The translations under genes were made by a program, and so were the position numbers. 64,000 bases of DNA from the IMG/VR virus record IMGVR_UViG_3300028833_000063, positions 64,001 through 128,000 of that record. One strand, given 5' to 3'. Below, in pieces: positions 59,159-64,000 of this stretch. Source of the DNA: a virus (lineage: Duplodnaviria > Heunggongvirae > Uroviricota > Caudoviricetes). Below the pieces are notes generated by a model. That model saw only the letters and a list, made by a program, of their open reading frames with translations. It was not told the DNA's origin and did no database searches. Position 1 is the first letter of the stretch, and every line of letters starts with the position of its first letter.

Positions 59159-60148
59159 ATGGCTCGTAAGGAAATCCGGTATCTTGTTCTTGACTGTGAA
59201 ACCGCAACCCTTCCCTTCGCGTCTGAGATTGCAGAAGGTGACGCGGAGAAGAAGAAAAAAATTGCTATCGCTCGTCCGCTGATTTATGATATTGGTTGGA
59301 CTATCACGAACCGAAAGGGCGAAATTCTGGACAGCAAGCAATTCCTGATTGCCGAAACTTTTTCCGTTCCTGCCGTTTTCAATACTGCATATTATGCAGA
59401 AAAGCGTCCCCTGTATCTGGATATGCTCAAGCGCAAGGAAACCGAAATCAAGCCTTGGAATGAAGTTGCGGAAATCCTGCTTTCCGACCTTCGCAATGTC
59501 GATTCTGTTGGGGCTTATAATTCCATGTTTGACTTCAAGAAAGCCATTCCCTTCACCGACCTGTATATCAGGAAACTGTATTCTCCGGACTATTTCCAGT
59601 GGGAAGCAATCCAGCGGAGACTTTGTTATAAAATCGCAAATGAGCGTTATCGGAAGGATGAAGAGAAAGAGTTTGACGGCGAAAATTTCCGCTTTCGGGA
59701 CGAAGAGTTTCCGCTGTTTGACCTGTGGGGACTTGCCGCTCGTCACCTTCTGAATAATGCAACTTATAAGAAAAACTGTCTGAAGCATGAGATGCTCACC
59801 GCCAGCGGAACTTTCTTCAAGACCAGCGCCGAAGCAAGTTATCGTTATCTGCAAGATAAATATGACTTTGACGAAGCACATACGGCCCTTGACGATGCAA
59901 TCATTGAAACCTATATCCTTAGTCAGATTGCAAAGCGTCACGCCATCACTATTGGGATTATCTTCTTCCCCTTCCGGGAACTGGGGACAACCGATGAATT
60001 TGTCATGAGAAGGAAGAACCCGGATGAAGATGAAGTGAATACTGTGATTGATGCAATCGAAAAGTATCTTGAGAGCAAAGAGCAGAGTAACTATACCGCC
60101 AGACTTGAAAATATCCTTGCTCGTCTGGCGAAGTACCTCACAAAGTGA
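59159..60148 (+). CDS. DEDDh 3-prime-5-prime exonuclease family protein
   Basis: ExoI VLDCET, ExoII AYNSMFD, ExoIII EAHTALDDA. Confidence 0.88.
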   Translation: MARKEIRYLVLDCETATLPFASEIAEGDAEKKKKIAIARPLIYDIGWTITNRKGEILDSKQFLIAETFSVPAVFNTAYYAEKRPLYLDMLKRKETEIKPWNEVAEILLSDLRNVDSVGAYNSMFDFKKAIPFTDLYIRKLYSPDYFQWEAIQRRLCYKIANERYRKDEEKEFDGENFRFRDEEFPLFDLWGLAARHLLNNATYKKNCLKHEMLTASGTFFKTSAEASYRYLQDKYDFDEAHTALDDAIIETYILSQIAKRHAITIGIIFFPFRELGTTDEFVMRRKNPDEDEVNTVIDAIEKYLESKEQSNYTARLENILARLAKYLTK

Positions 60149-60255
60149 GGTACTTCTTTTTCTCCCGAAAATTAGATGTATTACATCTAACTCTTTGTAT
60201 TGACTTTCTGTCCGAATAGTAGTATACTTATACCATCGAGAGGGGGTACGGAAGA

Positions 60256-60768
60256 ATGAGTAATTACGAGGTTCGGGCTAAGAAGTTCATCGCCGAGGTT
60301 TATCCCTATATCAAAGATTGTGGTGACAATTTTGATTTTTCAGTAGCTATTCGCCGTTTCAACTATGACCACCATCGCAACGTGCAGATTGCCAGTGGTT
60401 CAACTCGTGTCGTGATGATTACCTCTGACTATGTAATTAAGGTTGACTATGATGGTTGGGGACGAGGGCAGTTTGGCTCTTGCGCAGATGAAGTGCGCAT
60501 GTACCGCAAGGCAAAGCGTGACGGATTCGCCCATCTGTTCGCCAAAGTCACGCCTGTCCGCAAGGGCTATGACCGCACGTTCTACATCATGCCCAGAATT
60601 AGGGGCATTGGAAAGGAACCGTATGATGCCACTATGTTTGTAGACGGTGATGAGTATCATTATCTGGATAACAATGTTGGTGATTTGCACCATTTCAACT
60701 ATGGTTGGAAAGACGGCCACATTGTTATGATCGACTATGCTTACAACAGCACACTCCGGCACTTCTAA
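60256..60768 (+). CDS. Minimal protein-kinase-like protein
   Basis: IASGSTRVV (Gly loop), YVIKV (Lys), ADE (helix C Glu), GDLHHFNYG (catalytic D...N), MIDYA (DFG-like). Confidence 0.7.
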   Translation: MSNYEVRAKKFIAEVYPYIKDCGDNFDFSVAIRRFNYDHHRNVQIASGSTRVVMITSDYVIKVDYDGWGRGQFGSCADEVRMYRKAKRDGFAHLFAKVTPVRKGYDRTFYIMPRIRGIGKEPYDATMFVDGDEYHYLDNNVGDLHHFNYGWKDGHIVMIDYAYNSTLRHF

Positions 60769-60912
60769 CCGGAGTTTCATTTTCGGCTATTAGATGTAAT
60801 ACATCTAACATTAAGACTTGCAATTTTCCTATAATATGATATAATAGCATTGTTCCTGAGGGGGACACAAAAAAGGAGAAGGTCACTCCACAAACCAGAA
60901 AGGATTTATGGT

Positions 60913-61269
60913 ATGGAAATGAAGCAGATGGTGTACGTGGTGATTGAGAACGGTTATGTGACTGGCGTGTGGAATGAGTATAAGGATGCCGAAAATCATG
61001 TGGGCGAAGACGGCGTGATTATTCCCGTGGTTGTCGATACCTATGGGAAGCGCGCAGGTTGCGAAACTCCCAGCGAAGTCGTAACCGCTATGGAGAAGGA
61101 ACTGCAGAATATGTATTCTTCCTACTCCACCTCTGACGATGATGAGGAAGAGGAAGAGGAAGAGGATGAGGAAGACGAGGAAGATGAGGAAGGGGATGAA
61201 GAAGATGAAGAAGGGACACTGACTGATGATGATATTATCGGTGGACTTCTGGGTATGCTCTACGACTAA
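60913..61269 (+). CDS. Protein with long poly-Asp/Glu tract
   Basis: DDDEEEEEEEDEEDEEDEEGDEEDEEG; start reassigned to 60913. Confidence 0.75.
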   Translation: MEMKQMVYVVIENGYVTGVWNEYKDAENHVGEDGVIIPVVVDTYGKRAGCETPSEVVTAMEKELQNMYSSYSTSDDDEEEEEEEDEEDEEDEEGDEEDEEGTLTDDDIIGGLLGMLYD

Positions 61270-61479
61270 TAGAGGGGCTTTGCCCCTTCTATTAGTATTA
61301 GATGTAATACATCTAACACAAGCAGTTGACTTTTTCTAAAATTGTGATATACTATAATTGTTCCAAGGGGAGAGGAAAAGAACCCAGCCCGACTTCTTCG
61401 ATACATTACTGAAGAAGTGCTAAAGAGCCGCTGTGCATAACAAACCTCACTTGCAAGTCCCCTAAGAACAAAAAAATGC

Positions 61480-61633
61480 TTGACAACAAGCAAATCCTGT
61501 GCTATAATAAGGATGTTCGAGGTAAGGGTTGAAGCTATCTTGACATGGGCTAACGTAATTGGTGGTCATTGTACTAATCCCTTCCCAAGCCTCAAAAAAA
61601 ACACTTGACACCCCACCAAAACTGTGGTATAAT
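61480..61633 (+). promoter_or_regulatory. Two tandem perfect consensus promoters lacking the palindrome
   Basis: TTGACA-17-TATAAT at 61480 and 61605, each preceded by an A-tract. Confidence 0.8.
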
Positions 61634-61684
61634 AACCACGTAAGAAAGGGAAGGACACCCTACAAACCAGAAAGGAATTTAAAA

Positions 61685-62011
61685 ATGAAGAAAGCCACTC
61701 TGATTGCCATCAAGAACGCTCTGACTGATTATGGTTACATGGATTCCGATGTTCTGTCTGAACTGAATCGGGAAATTACCAAGGGCGAAGATGCCAAGGC
61801 GAAGAACGCCGAAGCCTATGAGGGCATCCATGATTTGGTGATTGGCGTCCTGTCTGATACTCCCGCAACCTGTGCCGAAATCTTCGAGCAGATTGCGTCC
61901 GAACTGCCTGAGGGGATGGGAAAGGGCAAGGTTCAGTACGCCCTGACTCATCTGTGGCAGGATGAGATTGTGAAGATTGAGGGCAAGCCGAACACCTATC
62001 GGCGCGCTTAA
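61685..62011 (+). CDS. Winged-helix-like DNA-binding protein, paralog 2
   Basis: PATCAEIFEQIASELPEGMGKGKVQYALTHLWQDEIVKIEGKPNTY. Confidence 0.75.
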   Translation: MKKATLIAIKNALTDYGYMDSDVLSELNREITKGEDAKAKNAEAYEGIHDLVIGVLSDTPATCAEIFEQIASELPEGMGKGKVQYALTHLWQDEIVKIEGKPNTYRRA

Positions 62012-62301
62012 TCCCCAATGAAAGAGTTTTCGGGAGTACAGTTCTCTTGGGGCGAAAAACAAAACTGCTCTCTGACGGGTGTCAAAGATACCACCAGCCG
62101 CCTTCGGGCGGTATTTTTATTTCCAAATTATTAGATGTATTACATCTAATAGAAACACTTGCATTTTTCCTAAATTTGAGTATAATAATAATTGTTCCGA
62201 GGGGAGAGGAAAACGGAACGAGGCCCCTGATAAGTCATTCGGGGTAAGGCATCCTCACAGACAACCTCACTTGCAAGTCCCCAAGGAACAGAAAAAAATG
62301 C

Positions 62302-62330
62302 TTGACAAAAGCAAAAATCCATGATATAAT
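62302..62330 (+). promoter_or_regulatory. Perfect consensus promoter lacking the palindrome
   Basis: TTGACA-17-TATAAT with upstream A-tract. Confidence 0.8.
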
Positions 62331-62388
62331 AACCGCGAAAGATAAAGAGAAGGAAAACTCTTAAAAAACCAGAAAGGATACTATCGCT

Positions 62389-62715
62389 ATGAAGAACACC
62401 ACTTATGCCACTGTTTACTCCTTCCTGACTGCCAATGGTTTCGACAACGCCGAGATTCTCGCCGAGTTCGAGAAGGAAATCAACCGCAACGCCGAAGCGA
62501 AGCAGGCGAAGGAAACTCTGTACGCCGAAGCCAAGCCCATTGTTCTGGGCGCGATGGATGCCCCTGCCACGATTACCGAAATCTACGAGGCCATCGAGGA
62601 TGAACTGCCCGAGGGGTTCACGAAGGGCAATCTCCAGTATGCGGTGACTCGCCTGTGGAAGGACGAGATTGAAAAGACCGAGGGCAAGGTTAATACCTAC
62701 TCTCGCAAGGCGTAA
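62389..62715 (+). CDS. Winged-helix-like DNA-binding protein, paralog 3
   Basis: PATITEIYEAIEDELPEGFTKGNLQYAVTRLWKDEIEKTEGKVNTY. Confidence 0.75.
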   Translation: MKNTTYATVYSFLTANGFDNAEILAEFEKEINRNAEAKQAKETLYAEAKPIVLGAMDAPATITEIYEAIEDELPEGFTKGNLQYAVTRLWKDEIEKTEGKVNTYSRKA

Positions 62716-62856
62716 TAAGAAAATGCTCCCTCAGAGAGAGGGAGCATTTTCATTTTACATTTATTAGATGTATTACATCTAATTATGAGCGTTGACTTTT
62801 CCCATAAATATGATATAATAGCATTGTTCCAAGAGGAACGGAAAGGAGTTAAAAAT

Positions 62857-63069
62857 ATGAGAATACATAGATGCACCTATGATAACGATTATGTCCTTGA
62901 AGATAATACATTAACAAAGCAAGAACGTGAATTAAGTATCATTTATATTACTTATTATGGTTATTGCCGCACATGCCATCGTAAATATAGTTGGATGGAA
63001 GCATTTGTCCAGAACAGAGGCGATGATGGGTTTGAAGAAGTCAATGCAGAACCCCTTGACATTAAATAA
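62857..63069 (+). CDS. Small hypothetical protein, possible Zn-binding
   Basis: AAGGAG RBS; HRC...CRTC; start reassigned to 62857. Confidence 0.65.
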   Translation: MRIHRCTYDNDYVLEDNTLTKQERELSIIYITYYGYCRTCHRKYSWMEAFVQNRGDDGFEEVNAEPLDIK

Positions 63070-63084
63070 ATAATATGATATAAT
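63056..63084 (+). promoter_or_regulatory. Perfect consensus promoter lacking the palindrome
   Basis: TTGACA-17-TATAAT overlapping the upstream stop. Confidence 0.75.
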
Positions 63085-63116
63085 TCAACTGTTCCAAGAG
63101 GAACGGAAAGGATGAA

Positions 63117-63389
63117 ATGAAAATGACAGGGAATACAAAAATCTATATTCTTGATTATCAAAATTATCAGGGTGAGTATTTCACAGAGTATTATCTCAGC
63201 CTCAAAGCCGCACTCGAACAACTGACAGCATTGGCAAATGAAGCCAAACAGAAAGACGAATACAAGTGTAATGGTATTGATTACCTCAGCTTCTTCGATG
63301 CCGATTACAATTCTGATTCTACTTTTATCGCTTTGTCAGATGGCACAGTAAAAAACCTTTTTCAGGATTGGAAGGATGAAAATGAATAA
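63117..63389 (+). CDS. Hypothetical protein
   Basis: AAAGGA RBS; intact ORF. Confidence 0.7.
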   Translation: MKMTGNTKIYILDYQNYQGEYFTEYYLSLKAALEQLTALANEAKQKDEYKCNGIDYLSFFDADYNSDSTFIALSDGTVKNLFQDWKDENE

Positions 63390-63555
63390 AATCATCCCTA
63401 TAAATAGCGATGAAAAATATCTCTGTTGCCTTTGTATTTTGAAACTCATTCATTATAATGATATGTCGCTTTTGGCAAAAGAATTATTTAACACACTCAC
63501 GGAAGAAGATAAAGAAGAGATAAGGAGAAAAATTGAGAATGAGAAACGAAATTAA
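63382..63555 (+). CDS. Small hypothetical protein
   Basis: Overlapping ORF MNKIIPINSDEKYLCCLCILKL...; absent from the supplied track. Confidence 0.5.
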   Translation: MNKIIPINSDEKYLCCLCILKLIHYNDMSLLAKELFNTLTEEDKEEIRRKIENEKRN

Positions 63556-63736
63556 AGAGTATAATTATGTTAATGACCTTAACGAGCCCAAGAAACTGGT
63601 GGTCCATCCTTTGAAAGATGGAAAATATCCGTGTACTCTATGGAGCAGGAGAACGGGCGATTTTTGTGGTAGTGGCAGTTTAACTCCTGATGAATTGCAC
63701 AATTGGCTTGCGCACTATGGTTTAAAGGAGAATTAA
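63539..63736 (+). CDS. Small hypothetical protein
   Basis: AAGGAG RBS. Confidence 0.6.
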   Translation: MRNEIKEYNYVNDLNEPKKLVVHPLKDGKYPCTLWSRRTGDFCGSGSLTPDELHNWLAHYGLKEN

Positions 63737-63739
63737 GAA

Positions 63740-63997
63740 ATGCAGACAATTAAGAATTGGTTCGGAATCGAAACCGCTTACCGTTTCGAATGGAATGATG
63801 TTCGTTGTGGAATCACCATCTTGAACGTGGTTCTGATTATGCTCTTCGGCCTTCAGGTATCATGGTTCGGCCTTGCTATCGCGCTTTTTGGTGTATGCAA
63901 AGACCTCTCACAGCATCGGCACATCAATGATGTTCTGATGCACCTCTCCAGCGTTGCGCTTAATGTTTACTTCCTTCTCCTTCTCTACCGGGGCTAA
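63740..63997 (+). CDS. Small multi-pass membrane protein
   Basis: Three hydrophobic segments; AAGGAG RBS. Confidence 0.7.
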   Translation: MQTIKNWFGIETAYRFEWNDVRCGITILNVVLIMLFGLQVSWFGLAIALFGVCKDLSQHRHINDVLMHLSSVALNVYFLLLLYRG

Positions 63998-64000
63998 TGC

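Larger units (their letters stand above)
48761..62782. repeat. Dispersed array of 27 copies of a 19-bp palindrome TTAGATGTAWTACATCTAA
   Basis: Starts at 48761 (variant TTAGATGCAGTGCATCTAA), 49357, 49629, 49929, 50210, 50583, 51020, 51296, 51701, 52062, 52307, 52678, 53114, 53548, 53989, 54601, 55218, 55778, 56930, 57836, 58382, 59024, 60172, 60790, 61298, 62131, 62764. Each follows a terminator and precedes a -35 hexamer. Confidence 0.97.

Noticed and set aside
48761-62782. CRISPR array interpretation of the 19-bp repeats
   Set aside because: Spacers are about 245-1,150 bp, variable, and contain promoters and genes; no cas genes are present.
48761-62782. Assigning the palindrome to a known host regulator (DtxR-like TTAG...CTAA ends, GntR/FadR-like GTA.TAC core)
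   Set aside because: Only partial resemblance; not enough to name a factor without a motif comparison.
47158-63221. Minus-strand ORFs in the early region (e.g. 47451, 55819, 57904, 59108)
   Set aside because: Antisense to well-supported + strand genes that have promoters, RBSs and terminators.
1-64000. Lysis module, integrase, DNA polymerase, rRNA
   Set aside because: No supporting motifs seen; they presumably lie outside this window.

Overview
This is a 64-kb piece of a large tailed dsDNA phage genome (siphovirus-like). The host is probably a Firmicute or Clostridium-like anaerobe, judging by strong AGGAGG/AGAAAGGA ribosome binding sites, sigmaA-type promoters with extended -10 TG, and a class III RNR. 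There are three blocks. (1) 1-7.7 kb, + strand: nucleotide metabolism and recombination genes (nrdD, nrdG, formate/nitrite channel, membrane-anchored GIY-YIG protein, dut, RuvC-like resolvase). (2) 7.8-47.1 kb, - strand: a complete morphogenesis operon (terminase, portal, protease/scaffold, capsid, neck, tail tube and a paralog, a ~5,350-aa tape measure, Dit-like protein, and a ~2,280-aa tail-tip protein). The supplied ORF track fragments this block because the phage reads TAG as a sense codon (most likely Gln, code 15). All fragments of each gene share one frame, and the breaks I checked are TAG. (3) 47.4-64 kb, + strand: an early/host-takeover region of small genes with no in-frame TAG. It is built from repeated expression cassettes: terminator, 19-bp palindrome TTAGATGTAWTACATCTAA, usually exactly 9 bp, a non-consensus -35/-10 promoter, a 5-prime hairpin leader, then 1-3 small ORFs. 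I count 27 palindrome copies. This cassette array, with three winged-helix paralogs as candidate cognate regulators, is the most striking structure. Other highlights are the uneven use of TAG, a 26-Cys CxxxC repeat plus a Hint domain ending the tail-tip protein, and a formate channel beside a formate-type class III RNR. No tRNA, rRNA, CRISPR array, integrase or lysis genes were recognised. All translation was done by hand and no database searches were run.
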